DNA from: Eledone cirrhosa
Lineage: Eukaryota
Assembly (NCBI GenBank): GCA_964016885.1
Contig: OZ024746.1
Location: 3,968,001 to 4,032,000 of the forward strand
Length of the DNA stretch: 64,000 nucleotides
Direction of reading: 5' to 3'
Shown: piece after piece, positions 25,884 through 40,930 of the stretch
How the letters are laid out: each line of letters opens with the position of its first letter
Position numbering within the stretch: position 1 is the first letter of the stretch
The notes under the pieces: model-generated
Database searches by the model: none
What the model saw: only the letters and a program-made list of their open reading frames with translations
Told to the model about the DNA's origin: nothing
Program-made: the position numbers and the translations under genes

Positions 25884-28067
25884 TTTATCTCTTTCTCTCA
25901 ATTTCGAGTATATTTTTGACCGGCCACCTTCCTGGTGGCAAGGTTGTAAAAGAAAAGAAATTGTCATCCCTTGAATCGCAAGAATGTTTTGCAAATTTTG
26001 AAGGTGCCAGCTATCGCAGCCATTTGTAGACTATGAATTAGGGAGCTGCGCTTTTTGTCCGCAAATCCAAGTTCAGTCATACTTTGGTCCAAGCGGGTTG
26101 GTATATAACCCGTAGCTCCTATAATGATGGGTATGAAGCTTTAGGTGTATCTTGGATACTGGATTTGTAAACTCCTCATCAATGGTCCGTAGATGTCCTC
26201 CTTCTCCTGTATTTTTCTGACAACATTTACATCAAGTGGGCAGCTGATCTCCACAACAGAACACGTTTTCAATGTGTGGTCCCAAACAACAATATCAGGC
26301 CGGTTGTGCTTTAATTTGGTGGCAGTTTTTATTTTCAGGTTCCACCAGTATTCCTTAGTGCCATCTGTCTCAATATATTCTTCCTCGTTTGTTGTTGATT
26401 TTGTTTTCCGAAGTGCGTTCCAGATGGTTCTAGCTATCCCATCGTGTCTCATGGGGAGGTAGTAGCGAGATGACATTCTTTCGCAGCTGGCAACAATGTG
26501 GCTTACATCCTCGATCTTTGTTTTACATAGCCTACATTTATTGTCAGCTGCTGGCCCTCCTCTTTTGTGCAGCAGATATTTGGTAGGGAGTTCTTGTTCC
26601 TGTATTGCATAGAGATATCCCTCAAGGTGTGATGTCATAAACTTGTCGGAACTCCATGCCAGGCTTTTTGAGCGGTTTATCCCCTCTATGGTCTGTGTTT
26701 TACGCCTCAAGTATCCATGCACAACTTTTTCTGTAAATTGGTCAATTTTTTTTTCTTGTTTGAACATTGAATAGGATCTTCCGATTTCTCTGGGTGAGAG
26801 ATTTATATCGGGCTTTATTCCATATCTCTCCTCCAGATCAGTCGCTATTCTAATGATATTTCTTTTTTCATGGTCATAAACCTGGGCAAGATGGTTGCCA
26901 ACCTTTTTCCTCTGTTGAAGGTGTTGCTTCAGTGTCACTATCCGGGTCTCATATGTTGTTAATATTGATTTTAGACCCCGGCCACCTTCCTTGCGTGAGA
27001 AGTATAGCCGATCCACATCACCATTGATGTTAAAGTTCCCAGTAACACTGAGAGGTTTTCGAGTTCTAACATCCATCTCACTTAGTTCTTGCAATGACCA
27101 GTTCAGTAGGCCAAATGTTGGCGTTAGAATTGGCACAGCATAAGTATTGTGGGCAATGTATTTGTTGTATGCTGACAGTTCTGATGACCATATTTTCTTT
27201 ACTCTTCTGAGGTATTCAGTTCTGGTTCTCTCCTTATTTATGGGTCCATCATATCTGACATTCTCATCCTGTCCAAGATATCTGTAGTTGTCACCTGACT
27301 GCAGAGGTTGTATTGTCAGGCCGTTCATCTCTAGATTTCTAGAGGAGGGCACAGCTCTTCCACGTTTTACTGCCAAATATGCACACTTGGACTCACCAAA
27401 TTTCATTTTGATGTCGGTTGAAAATTGTGTAATGAGGTCCAATTGTTTCTTGATGTCATTGATATTTGGCCCATACAACTTCAGGTCATCAACAAAGAAA
27501 AGATGGGAGATACTTCTGGTCCCACTTCTTTGTCAACCTTGTTTCCTGAGTAGGTAAGATAGTGGATTCAGTGAGAGAACGAAGAGTAGCACTGACAAGC
27601 TATCACCCTGAAAGATGCCCTTCTGGTAATGTATCTTATCAGTCTTAACCTGCTCCTTCTCACCTCTAAGGATCAAACTGGTGTACCAGTTCTTGGTCAG
27701 GCGTTCAACAGCAGCTACCAATGGTTGTGGGACTTTAGCTAACTGTAAAGCCTTAACAATCCACCCATGAGGTACACTATCAAATGCTTTTTGATAGTCC
27801 AGCCACACGACAGTCATGTTTCTGCGATTCTTTGTTGTTTTTTCCTGAATCATTTTGTTAGTTAGTAGGTGATCTATGCAACCCCACACCTCCCTCTTTC
27901 CACCAGCTTGCTCAGGTGTTATGATGTTGTTGGTAGCACAGTGATCCTGTAAGAACAGGTTAAGGCACCCAGTATATAATTTATACATGATGTTTTGGCA
28001 GGCAATTGGGCGGTAATTTTTAGCAAGGGTGGTTTGGCTATTTTTGGGAATGAGGAGAGTAGAGGCA
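25884..28067 (-). mobile_element. R4/Dong-clade non-LTR retrotransposon (RT, CCHC knuckle, restriction-like endonuclease), 5'-truncated and disrupted
   Basis: NYRPIAC, WLDYQKAFDSVPH, IFQGDSLS, LFFVDDLKLY, EGGRGL, CRLC..HIVASC, RHD, RPDIVV..EISCP. Frameshift near 27530, premature TAA at 26141, homology continues to a TGA near 25964. Confidence 0.9.
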
Positions 28068-28484
28068 GTATGTATATGTGTGCCTGTATGTATGTATGTA
28101 TATGTGTGCCTGTATGTATGTATGTATGTATGTATATGTGTGCCTGTATGTATGTATGTATATGTGTGCCTGTATGTATGTATGCATGTATGTATGTATG
28201 TATGTATGTATGTATGTATATGTGTGCCTGTATGTATGTATGTATATGTGTGCCTGTATGTATGTATGTATATGTGTGCCTGTATGTATGTATGTATGTA
28301 TATGTGTGCCTGTATGTATGTATGTATATGTGTGCCTGTATGTATGTATGTATATGTGTGCCTGTATGTATGTATATGTGTGCCTGTATGTATGTATGTA
28401 TATGTGTGCCTGTATGTATGTATATGTGTGCCTGTATGTATGTATGTATATGTGTGCCTGTATGTATGTATGTATATGTGTGCC

Positions 28485-28515
<31 letters not shown>

Positions 28516-29035
28516 GTATGTATGTATGTATATGTGTGCCTGTATGTATGTATGTATGTATATGTGTGCCTGTATGTATGTATGTATGTATGTATGTATG
28601 TATGTATGTATGTATGTATGTATGTATATGTGTGCCTGTATGTATGTATGTATATGTGTGCCTGTATGTATGTATGTATGTATATGTGTGCCTGTATGTA
28701 TGTATGTATGTATGTATATGTGTGCCTGTATGTATGTATGTATGTATGTATGTATGTATATGTGTGCCTGTATGTATGTATGTATATGTGTGCCTGTATG
28801 TATGTATGTATGTATATGTGTGCCTGTATGTATGTATGTATGTATGTATGTATGTATATGTGTGCCTGTATGTATGCATGTATATGTGTGCCTGTATGTA
28901 TGTATGTATATGTGTGCCTGTATGTATGTATGTATGTATGTATGTATGTATATGTGTGCCTGTATGTATGTATGTAAATGTGTGCCTGTATGTATGTATG
29001 TATATGTGTGCCTGTATGTATGTATATGTATACAT
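28068..29035. repeat. Compound (TATG)n satellite with TGTGCCTG interruptions
   Basis: Direct reading. Same unit as 24675-25025. Confidence 0.92.
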
Positions 29036-29573
29036 ATATTCCTCTTTGATCCAATTAAAATGCAAGTCATGACTCAACAAATGTGGTCATCATGTATCGA
29101 TGGGTATCTTCAATCTACTTGTTAAAATCTAATCCGTCTTCTATTACTCTAAGATACCCACTTTCTTCTAATTCAGAATCGATTATTCATTACTGCTAGC
29201 CACGATTACGTATTTATATTCGAAATATTGTATTTTTCGTTTTGTTTTCCTTATTTCATTGTTCTTTGTGGGTGTTTTTATTATCTAGCAGGCATGGCCA
29301 TTAATTTCGCTCAATATGTCCGTCATTTTCTCACATACACTGTGATATTTATTCGACCAAGTTATCCCATATGAACTATATATTTCTATGGTCATATTAG
29401 AAATTAGATTTCCTTCTCGACATATATGTTTTTCACGTTTACTTCCTTTATCTTCACATATTTTTTTTCCTCCGCACATATTTTTGAAGTGGTAGTAGTG
29501 GTGATGTTGATAGGTGGTATTTCTTATTTCTTACAAATAGATTTCCCTAATGCATATATGTCTGTAGATATGA

Positions 29574-29615
<42 letters not shown>

Positions 29616-29809
29616 GCGTGTTTTTCTCAATATATAATGTCTTTGCACATATATAATATAATATATACGTATTATTAATGTTATTTTATATCATTTGATA
29701 TATGACACACACACACACACACATATATATATATGATATAAATTATAGTATATATATTTTATTTATCATATAATATATTATATAGATTTCAAATATGATA
29801 TGTGTAATG

Positions 29810-29870
<61 letters not shown>

Positions 29871-30333
29871 TATATAAATATATATATATATATATATCGA
29901 TATAGATATATACATATGCATATGTGGACAAATATATAAGAAATATATATTCTGCTTACATAAGAGAGGGTGTGTTCTAGCGACTTTTGAAGAGATACAT
30001 ACATTTGATACTTGTATAAAAGTAATGCAAAGCATTAAAATTTTTTAGCACGTCTTCATAATCTATGGTAAGCAGCTCTACTGAGTGTTGAAGAGGAAGG
30101 TGTGTGAACTAAAGTAATGACACGCCACAAGCATTGGTAAGTTCAATTCCCCATTTGGGAGCGAATATTGATCATGTTAGATGTGTGATTGATTTCTTCC
30201 AGTCAAATTGGTGGAGGCTTGGAGCAAGATCTCCCTCTGGGTAAGATACAAAGTTATTTTTTCTTCTCAGGGTTGTCAGAATATTGCTCATATTGCGGGT
30301 CAACACCTTTTATCATTATTGTTTTCCAGGTGC

Positions 30334-30367
<34 letters not shown>

Positions 30368-30833
30368 AGTGGCGGCGGTGGTGTTGATAGTGGTGGTGGG
30401 GGAGTTTAGACTGTGTTTTTTCTTAGAGATAGCGAGAGAGAAAGAGAATAAGAGACAACGAGAGAGATAAAAATATAGATATATATATAAGCGGGAATTG
30501 TAGATAGAGTGAAAATATTCTGACAAAAAACAAATATTCATGTGTATATAGACACAATGGAACTGCCCTCACTCACACCACACGCACACATACACACACA
30601 CACATACACACTCACACACACTAACACACACACACACACAAATATATATACACGCACATACGTCCACAAACACACATACACACATATATACGCGCGCACA
30701 TACACACACCCACATAAATATACATAGATACATACACCCACACATATGTACACACACACACATACAGTTGCGTTACACATACACGTACACACACGCATAT
30801 ACATGTACACACACACACACACTCATACAGTTT

Positions 30834-30869
<36 letters not shown>

Positions 30870-31002
30870 GAGACATACTCAACAGTAAGAGCAGTGATAC
30901 AATAGGACGGGAGGCAATTTAGTAAACTAAGTTAGAGAAACAATACCGCAGACCCCCACCCCCTCCTTCACCTCCCCCTTCTGCTTCTTCTTCTTCCCCC
31001 AT

Positions 31003-31182
31003 CGATTAGCAGTATCGGTAGAGGGTCGGGCGCCATGCTTTGACGCATAGAGTTACGTCCCTTGCCATTCTGAGTTCAAATCCCGCCGAGGTTAACTTTG
31101 CCTTTCATCCTTACCGGGTCGATAAAATAAAGTACCAGTAATGCACTGGGGTAATTGCTGGCCTTGTGCCAAAAGTAGAAAC

Positions 31183-31186
<4 letters not shown>
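31003..31186 (+). mobile_element. Nin/Deu-domain-type tRNA SINE (short subfamily)
   Basis: A and B boxes plus family core. Confidence 0.85.
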
Positions 31187-31229
<43 letters not shown>

Positions 31230-31232
<3 letters not shown>

Positions 31233-32448
31233 GTTTGAATTTGTAAAGCCAAACAATGCAGGTATGGACATAGAATATAAAAAATGCAAATGCAAAAGAT
31301 ATTGTTGACAATTAGTCTTTTACCTTAGATTTATTTAAATGTCCTTAATTTTCGAGATAATATCTCTTCTTCGGAGGGAAGTAAAGCGGTTAAACCAGTG
31401 TTCAAAATAGCTTGCCGGGTCATGCTGACAGGAAATGGTATAGAGTATCTGTTCTATCTCTAATATCAAAGAGTTAAGGTTAGGTAGATAAAGAGGGTTT
31501 TTTTTTGTACATGTCTGTTTAAGTGTGTGGGAGAATGCGTGAATATGTAAGTATGTGTGTGTGTGTGTGAGTGTGAGAAGATATGTCTATACGTAAAGGT
31601 GGGGGATAGATGTTCTCTCGTGTTAGAACTGGTCTTTGTATGTGTGTGTGTGAGAGAGAATAAGTGGATGTGTAAGCGTGTGTGTGCGTGCGTGTGTGTG
31701 TGTGCGTGTGTGTGGGGTGTAAGTATGGGGCTAGATGCTCTATCAAGTTATAAATTGGGTGTTTAGTTCTAGTCTATTATTGATTAGTGGTTGTGTTTTG
31801 TCTATAATTAGTGCTTCCTTAATTCTAAGATTGCCGAGGTTTCTTTCCTTAGTTTCTATCCTAACTGTTTTGTCGGTGTTTTTGCATTTCACTAGGTATT
31901 TCTTAAATGAGGAAGCGTTAGTATTGAGGTGTTCTTTTATTCTTATGTGGAGTGATCAGGTGGTGCTACCTACGTAGAAGTTGCTGCATTTGTCGCACTC
32001 TAGTCTGTATACGACGTAAGCCTGGTGGTAAATGTCTGTGTCATTGATGAGGAAGTTGGCTAGCCTGCAGCGGTTGTCATGTCTGGTGGAGTGTCTTTTC
32101 GTTAGCTGTCCGCGTAGAGAAGGTCCTGAGTGGGCCAGTTGGATATCTAGTCCCTCTCGTCTGATAGCTCTGCGGATGGCTGTTGTTGTTTCGTCACTGA
32201 AGTGTGGGAGCTTCAGGAAGCAAGTGTTAGTGCCTCGGGTGTGGTGTCCTCTGTTCTTTCTGGCACGGTTTGTGGTGGATGTCGTGTATCCGTTCAGTTT
32301 GAGTACTTCCAGGAAATGTGTGGTGTGTGTGTCTCGGTCTCTAGCGTCGGTGCATTTGTTCCGGATACGTGTTAATTCGTTCCTTATGTATCCGAACTTA
32401 GCGCCGGCTGGGAGGGCCGATCTGAAATGTACGAACAAATAACTTCCT

Positions 32449-32450
<2 letters not shown>
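31230..32450 (-). mobile_element. Penelope-like element remnant related to 19240-20578
   Basis: GYIRNELTRIRNKC, CFLKLPHF, AIRREGL..AHSGPSLR, VVYRLECDKC..YVGSTT*, LRIKEALII..P.INN. (TA)n on both sides. HHR-like CCGAAGA..GAGAT att ATCTC GAAA at 31342-31378. Confidence 0.88.
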
Positions 32451-32493
<43 letters not shown>

Positions 32494-32495
<2 letters not shown>

Positions 32496-32698
32496 CGAAG
32501 GAGGTGTGGTAAGGAACCAGGTGGACCCAAACACACCAGAGTACTCGATACTTTTGGTAGTAGAGTGGGAAATAGGAAAAGAGTCAAGACCCCGACGGCA
32601 GAGCTCAAGCCGTTTCGACGGCTATTTCTGGACTCAGTCCAGAAATAGCCGTCGAAACGGCTTGAGCTCTGCCGTCGGGGTGTTGACTCTTTTCCTAT
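32494..32698. mobile_element. Asymmetric palindromic HHR mini-element, family X
   Basis: About 63-bp inverted arms centred near 32636 plus left tail. Confidence 0.85.
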
Positions 32699-32799
<101 letters not shown>

Positions 32800-33238
32800 T
32801 TAAATAAAAGTAGTGAAGATGGGATTACTTCACGATAATTGTTTTTTTGCAAGATATATATTTCTGTTACATGGTTATGCATGTGACTTCATCAGATGTT
32901 CATACAATCATAAGTGCAGTTATGCAATCATAGGGATATGTCGTTGGTCAGGTATTACTGAGGCATCACAACAGGATGGTAATACAGGACCAGCAACATA
33001 TCCCCAAACTACCAACAACCGAAAACTCACACCTATTGCTTTAACACATCAACAAAGATGGTATCGAGGCATGTCAGAACCATTTGAATAAAAGGCTACT
33101 TTTTGTAGAAAAACATTCAAGAAGGCTTTGATTGAAAGATGAAGATATCTCCATGTAAAATTAGCGTCACAGTAAAAAGAAACTTGCCATATCTTTCATT
33201 TGTGTGCAATATGATAGAAAGTTCTCCTTCTGCAAATT

Positions 33239-33596
33239 TGTATTTTTAGCCGATGTCACACGATGTATTTTTAGCCGATGTCACACGATGTATTTTTAGC
33301 CGATGTCACACGATGTATTTTTAGCCGATGTCACGCGATGTATTTTTAGCCGATGTCACACGATGTATTTTTAGCCGATGTCACACGATGTATTTTTAGC
33401 CGATGTCACACGATGTATTTTTAGCCGATGTCACGCGATGTATTTTTAGCCGATGTCACACGATGTATTTTTAGCCGATGTCACACGATGTATTTTTAGC
33501 CGATGTCACGCGATGTATTTTTAGCCGATGTCACACGATGTATTTTTAGCCGATGTCACACGATGTATTTTTAGCCGATGTCACACGATGTATTTT
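33239..33596. repeat. 25-bp tandem repeat (GATGTCACRCGATGTATTTTTAGCC), about 14 copies
   Basis: Direct reading. Confidence 0.97.
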
Positions 33597-34061
33597 CAGT
33601 TTGTCACTCTATAATAGTTTTTCATTTTCAGCTTTATTGGACAGTAAAATATTAGTTTTTTTTCTGATTAAAAATTCAACAAAACGACAATGTGTTTTGA
33701 TTATAAAAATTCAGGTAGTTTATAATGTCGGATTTGCTGTAGCAATGCCAGGATCTCAGGTCACAATAAATCTACTTTCTGTCTTTCAGCTTGTGTAACA
33801 TGTTACTGAGAAAATAGTAGCTTTTTATGATAAACCACAGAAACTACAGTAAATGAAGTGACCTGGAATTTATTGAGTTAGGAATTGAAATCTGGTTGTA
33901 GATTCGATTGGAAGGGAGCTTTCGACGCTTATATGTTACCTCTAACATTTGTTATAGAAACAGTTAATTACTTTGGATAGAGATATGATCTGTAACTCCG
34001 CAAATAAGCCTTACTTTCTTTATTATATTTTTTCGCTGTTATTATTTCTCTACTTGCGAAA

Positions 34062-34272
34062 TGTTGGTTGTTTGGCCGAATCGTTAGAGCGTCGGTAATA
34101 TGCTTTGCGGTAGTTGTTCCTGCTTTTTACTTACAGGATCAACTCCCACCATCTTCAAATTTGTCTTTCCTTTTTCTGGGTCGAAGAAATAAAGTACCAG
34201 TCATGTACTGCGGTCGAGGAAATCAACTTTTCTCTCCCTCACAAAGAACTGGTCTTGTACCTAAATTAGAAA
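34062..34272 (+). mobile_element. Diverged Nin/Deu-domain-type SINE
   Basis: GGGTCGAAGAAATAAAGTACCAG and GGTCTTGTACCTAAATTAGAAA end. Confidence 0.6.
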
Positions 34273-35802
34273 TCCCTGTTTCTTTCGTTGCGCTTTCGCT
34301 ACAAGTTTGTAATTTCCTGCTATATTTTCAGTTGTTCTTTCTTATTTTCTTTCTGTCGTTCTTTCTTTTTCTTCTTTCTTTCCTTTTTTTCTTTTGTAAT
34401 TTTTTTCTTTTTCTATTACATTGCTTCTCCACGTTAGCAAACCCTCAATTTATGCCAAGTAAACACCTCTGCGATATTTTTGGATTGAGTAAAGAAAAAA
34501 AGAGGATTTCAAAGCAAAACTGAAAGAAAAGAATCGATAAAAAGAAAGCAAGACATTCCCCACAAAAAAGGGATAGAACATACATCGTTAATACTCTGAA
34601 ATTACACCGGATATCATCTTTGGCAGATTATAAAATGGAGATGTAAATTATTAGCAAAGTTTTCACAAAAAATGAAAACCTATAAAAAGAAATATGAAGA
34701 AATGAAAAATCGGAAAAAATTGAAAAAATGAAGGCACCATAAATTTGTGTTGAGAAATGGTAATTACAACGAGAAAAATCAATGTAATTTACCGCTCTAG
34801 TTATTTGTTGCATTGAATCTTTTGACATAACCTATCACCTTAGACACGACATGTTGGGATTGTCTCCAGAATTTTTAACACGACACTTTCCATTCTTCTA
34901 ATCAGCATAGAAATAGAGACAGACCCCCCCCCTCCACCTAACAAGAAGACACCCAAACACAAATATGTAGTAAAGTGATATCTTTTTTGCCAATGAAGGT
35001 TTTCTACAAACCCGGCGTCTTTTTTCTCCATCAAGTAGCAAGCTCCATAATAATGTATGAGTTTCAAAATGGCAGCCTGAGACATCTGGAAAATTAAGGC
35101 ATTAGATTATCTGCTAATTTATGTGCACTGCTTAACATAGTCTTCTATGACACAATACCAATATCATTGCATGAATGTTGTGCTTTTATTCCTTGCCTCG
35201 GTTTTTAATTCATGTCTTATAACATGCTTTATGATTTCATTTTCGTTAGTTCTAGTTAGATTCACGTTAGCCTCATTCGACAGAAGGCGTTCCAACCGAA
35301 GCCAACATATCTTTTTTCCTCAACCACATTATATAATGTGTTCTTCTTTTCTAAAGCAATGTGGTGTTATTTAAGGGAGACTTGGCTATTATTTCTAGCA
35401 AATCAAATGTTGATACACATCCTTCCAGTGTGGATAAAAGAAATATCGGTTTAGTAGTGTGGTCGACATCATTTACTGTTCCTCTCCCTACATAGATACA
35501 AATTAACAAGGGCTGATCACCGAAAAGTTAAGTCATTTAAACTGCTCAATTGATTGAATAGAATAAATAGTAGTAGAAAAAGAATATTCATGCTTCATTC
35601 CTGTAGTTTTCTTTAATTTATATTTCTTCCACGCGAACATATCTAGATCTGCAACATAAAATGAAGAAAATACCATTACAAATACCACACTTCATTTAAC
35701 AGAAGAGTATATATTTATTATATTCTCTAGTGTCGTGGTTACAAGACAGTGCGTCATGGCACACTGGTATGCTGCAACATATAGTCAGATACACTGTAAA
35801 AT

Positions 35803-36015
35803 AATTGTTTCTATATTTGGTACAAGGCCAGAAATTTGAAGGGAAGAGGAAGGTCGATTAATTTTAACCCTAGTGTGTTACTAGTATTTTATTTTATCGA
35901 CTCCGTAAGGATGAAAGGCAAAGCTGACCCCGGCGCGATTTGAATTAAGAACGTAGAAAGTTGTGACTAAATACTGCAAAGCATTTTGTCCTATGCTCTA
36001 CTGATACTGCCAATG
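35803..36015 (-). mobile_element. Nin/Deu-domain-type tRNA SINE
   Basis: Family core TTTTATCGACTCCGTAAGGATGAAAGGC. Confidence 0.8.
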
Positions 36016-37574
36016 CGACGAGCCTTACGATCGTCAGCCGAATACCCTAACCACTAAGCCACCAAGCCACCATATTACAGACTTGAAATTATCAAATAAG
36101 ATATTGAATGTGTCTTAATATTTTGCCACAAACGTTTTGTATTTCTGAATGCTGTACATAAAGCCCCTAATATTAAAGTACAGAATTGTCTTAGTAAACA
36201 CCCTAAATATTTACTCATGAGGCGTTCTCTCTTAAAACAACAAAACAATCTTTGTAGCCTTGTCGTAGATATGTCTGGAGTATCTAATACAGGTCGTACA
36301 TGAGCATTGTATAGGATAACACCTATCCAGTACCGTACTATTAATTATTCTACTCAAACACAGAACAAATAGACAGATATTGCAGTAAATAATAATACCA
36401 TCTAATGTTTGAAAGCCAATCGGATAATATGACATTACGTATTAATGGTCGCTCTGTAAGGCGCTTAATAGCTTGTTTTATATCTCAATTAATAGACTCA
36501 CATGAAAATGATTTATAGTTTCACATACTAATTAGTAGTTATCTTAACATTCCCTATGCAAGCTAAATAAACATTTCTAGATCCCAATTAACCATCCATA
36601 CAGAAGAACAATGGATAATTCTAGATTCTGTATTATCACCCCTCTCTGATTCAAAGGATATTCATAGTCTTACTAATGACACTTGACTAAGCATACAATA
36701 AATATATGATCCCCCACAGGCACAGAAATAATCTTAGTTCCTACAAGTAAAAAAAAACATTGAAAAATTAGCATTAAGTAATGTGTTTCCTTAGGTAAAC
36801 TCCATGAGTATTTCTATCAAAATTATTATTAATGTCAATTTTATGACCTAAATTATGCAAAGCAAATGCATGTTTCCAGTTCCGAACCTAAACCAAAATG
36901 ATGGAGTCGAATACCAATTAATATCCTCACTTGGCAGCTAAATAAATGTAATAACTTTATCTAAGCTAAATGAGAAGTTTCAGAACTTCATGTAACACCA
37001 ACTATTGGGAGCTTAATGGATAATCCTTCAATCAAATTATCAATCCACCATAGAAGCTAAAATGATTTCTCAAAACCCCATAAATCACACATTTTCAAAA
37101 CCCGAAAACCTAATAAAAAGAGCAACCTGGACAAAAATACATCGTCCCAGAACCTGGTAAATGCCTCTTTTAAATCCATAAGGATTACCCAAAATTTTAA
37201 TAAAGAAAGAAATATTGTCCTAAAACATAGTAAAGACATCCTCTCGAAACTAAAGGTCCCAGATTATGAAAATGAATAATTGATAACAGTTGTTGTTGAT
37301 CCAAATAAAATAAATAAGCACTAAAACAATATTGATAGCATAAGAGCCAAATAAATTTACATCTAAATTGATTGTTTTAGATTCTAATAAATGAAGTTTC
37401 TTTTTAATAAAAAGTAAGGCAACATAAAAAGATAATTCTTTTCCCATAACACCAAAAATATAGTTCTTAACTGGAAAAGGATCGACCGACTTCGTCAAAT
37501 CGGACCGAGGAAACAATGTTTCCATTGGTCTTTCCAGTTGCTAATACTATCTATCGGTCGCAACTCCAGGTAGA

Positions 37575-37691
37575 AGGAGCAACGTAAAATAAAGTGTTTT
37601 GCTCAAGGACATAACGTATTGTCCGGTCCAGGAATCGAACTGACAACCTCAAGATTGTGAAATCAATTCTCTAACCACTCAGCCACACGCG
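37575..37691 (-). mobile_element. tRNA-derived SINE head with CORE-like region
   Basis: Minus strand TGGCTGAGTGG (A box), GTTCGATTCC (B box), TGTCCTTGAGCAAAACACTTT. Confidence 0.75.
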
Positions 37692-38089
37692 TTCTTAACT
37701 GAAAGTTGTTAAAAAAGACAGAAATACAGTACAGGTTGATCCCAAATCGAAACTGGCTTGCAGTTCCAATTCACCGAGAGATTGTTCCATATATCGGAAA
37801 TTCATATTTTAGTTAACGGGATCTCCTAAGAACCAGATGGACTGACCGTGGCGCAAGTTATCTATATTCATATAAATAAAACAAATATTATTGACTATTG
37901 ACTTCTTTTTGACCACATTTGACACAGAAGCAGATTTTGTAGATATATCGCTGAGAGGTAAACTGAATTATTAACATGACGAAATACTTTGCAGGAAATT
38001 ATTACGGTTCCTTAAGTTCCGAGTTCAAAACGCTCCAATGTCAACGACGCCTTTTATCCTTAAGACATGAAAATAATAAGGTACTGTGA

Positions 38090-38210
38090 AGCATTGGGCT
38101 TGCAATCGAAAGGTTGTGAGTTCAATTCTTAGACCAGGTGATGTGTTGTTTCCTTGAGCAAGACTTTTATTTCACGTTGCTCCAGTTTACTCAGCTGTAG
38201 AAATGAGATG
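38090..38210 (+). mobile_element. tRNA-derived SINE fragment with CORE-like region
   Basis: GAGTTCAATTC, CCTTGAGCAAGAC, GCTCCAGTTTACTCAGCTG. Confidence 0.7.
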
Positions 38211-38289
38211 ATAGGACTGGGGTCCCTATCATTAAATCACCCAAGACACCTCCAACGAGATATACCTTGGAGGAGGCCAGCTAAACCTG

Positions 38290-40535
38290 CATAGGTGTGA
38301 GCTGTCACACACACACACATAGGTGTGAGATGTCCCACACACACACATAGGTGTGAGCTGTCACACACATACACACATAGGTGTGAACTGTCACACACAC
38401 ACACACACATAGGTGTGAGCTGTCACACACACACATAGGTGTGAGCTGTCACACACATAGGTGTGAGCTGTCACACACACACATAGGTGTGAGCTGTCAC
38501 ACACACACACATAGGTGTGAGCTGTCACACACACACATAGGTGTGAGCTGTCACACACACACACATAGGTGTGAGCTGTGACACACACACATAGGTGTGA
38601 GCTGTCACACACACACACACATAGGTGTGAGCTGTCCCACACACACACATAAGTGTGAGCTGTCCCACACACACACATAGGTGTGAGCTCTCACACACAC
38701 ACACATAGGTGTGAGCTGTCACACACACACACATAGGTGTGAGCTGTGACACACACACATAGGTGTGAGCTGTCACACACACACACACATAGGTGTGAGC
38801 TGTCCCACACACACACATAGGTGTGAGCTGTCCCACACACACACATAGGTGTGAGCTGTCACACACACACACATAGGTGTGAGCTGTCACACACACACAC
38901 ACATAGGTGTGAACTGTCCCACGCACACACATAGGTGTGAGCTGTCCCACACACACACATAGGTGTGAGCTGTCACACACACACACATAGGTGTGAGCTG
39001 TCCCACACACACACACATAGGTGTGAGCTCTCACACACACACACACATAGGTGTGAGCTGTCACACACACACACATAGGTGTGAACTGTCCCACACACAC
39101 ACATAGGTGTGAGCTGTCCCACACACACACACATAGGTGTGAGCTGTCACACACACACACATAGGTGTGAGCTGTCCCACACACACACATAGGTGTGAGC
39201 TGTCCCACACACACACACATAGGTGTGAGCTGTCCCACACACACACATAGGTGTGAGCTGTCCCACACACACACACATAGGTGTGAGCTGTCACACACAC
39301 ACACATAGGTGTGAGCTGTCACACACACACACATAGGTGTGAGCTGTCCCACACACACACATAGGTGTGAGCTGTCACACACACACACATAGGTGTGAGA
39401 TGTCACACACACACACATAGGTGTGAGCTGTCACACACACACACATAGGTGTGAGCTGTCACACACACACATAGGTATGAGCTGTCACACACACACAGAG
39501 GTGTGAGCTGTCCCACACACACACATAGGTGTGAGCTGTCACACACACACACATAGGTGTGAGCTGTCACACACACATAGGTGTGAGCTGTCACACACAC
39601 ACATAGGTGTGAGCTGTCCCACACACACACATAGGTGTGAGCTGTCACACACACACACATAGGTGTGAACTGTCCCACACACACACATAGGTGTGAACTG
39701 TCCCACACACACACACATAGGTGTGAGCTGTCACACACACACACACACATAGGTGTGAGCTGTCACACACACACACACACATAGGTGTGAGCTGTCACAC
39801 ACACACACACACATAGGTGTGAACTGTCCCACACACACACATAGGTGTGAGCTGTCACACACACACACATAGGTGTGAACTGTCCCACACACACACATAG
39901 GTGTGAACTGTCCCACACACACACACATAGGTGTGAGCTGTCACACACACACACACACATAGGTGTGAGCTGTCACACACACACACACACATAGGTGTGA
40001 GCTGTCACACACACACACACACATAGGTGTGAGCTGTCCCACACACACACATAGGTGTGAGCTGTCCCACACACACACACATAGGTGTGAGCTGTCCCAC
40101 ACACACACATAGGTGTGAGCTGTCACACACACACACACACACACACACATAGGTGTGAGCTGTCACACACACACACATAGGTGTGAGCTGTCACACACAC
40201 ACATAGGTGTGAGCTGTCACACACACACACATATGTGTGAGCTGTCACACACACACACACACACATAGGTGTGAGCTGTCACACACACACATAGGTGTGA
40301 GCTGTCACACACACACACATAGGTGTGAGCTGTCACACACACACACACACATAGGTGTGAGCTGTCACACACACACATAGGTGTGAGCTGTCACACACAC
40401 ACACATAGGTGTGAGCTGTCACACACACACACACACACACATAGGTGTGAGCTGTCACACACACACATAGGTGTGAGCTGTCACACACACACACATAGGT
40501 GTGAGCTGTCACACACACACATAGGTGTGAGCTGT

Positions 40536-40566
<31 letters not shown>

Positions 40567-40896
40567 GTGTGAGCTGTCACACACACACACACACACACAT
40601 AGGTGTGAGCTGTCACACACACACACATAGGTGTGAGCTGTCACACACACACACATACACACACATAGGTGTGAGCTGTCACACACACACACATAGGTGT
40701 GAGCTGTCACACACACACACATAGGTGTGAGCTGTCACACACACACATAGGTGTGAGCTGTCACACACACACACATAGGTGTGAGCTGTCACACACACAC
40801 ACATAGGTGTGAGCTGTCACACACACACATAGGTGTGAGCTGTCACACACACACACATAGGTATGAGCTGTCACACACACACATAGGTGTGAGCTG

Positions 40897-40930
<34 letters not shown>

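Noticed and set aside
34960-35095. Possible host exon on the minus strand (TTTTCCAG acceptor)
   Set aside because: No recognisable protein similarity or partner exons
36600-37260. Possible highly decayed PLE RT remnant
   Set aside because: Only faint motif resemblance across frameshifts. Needs tBLASTn or HMM support
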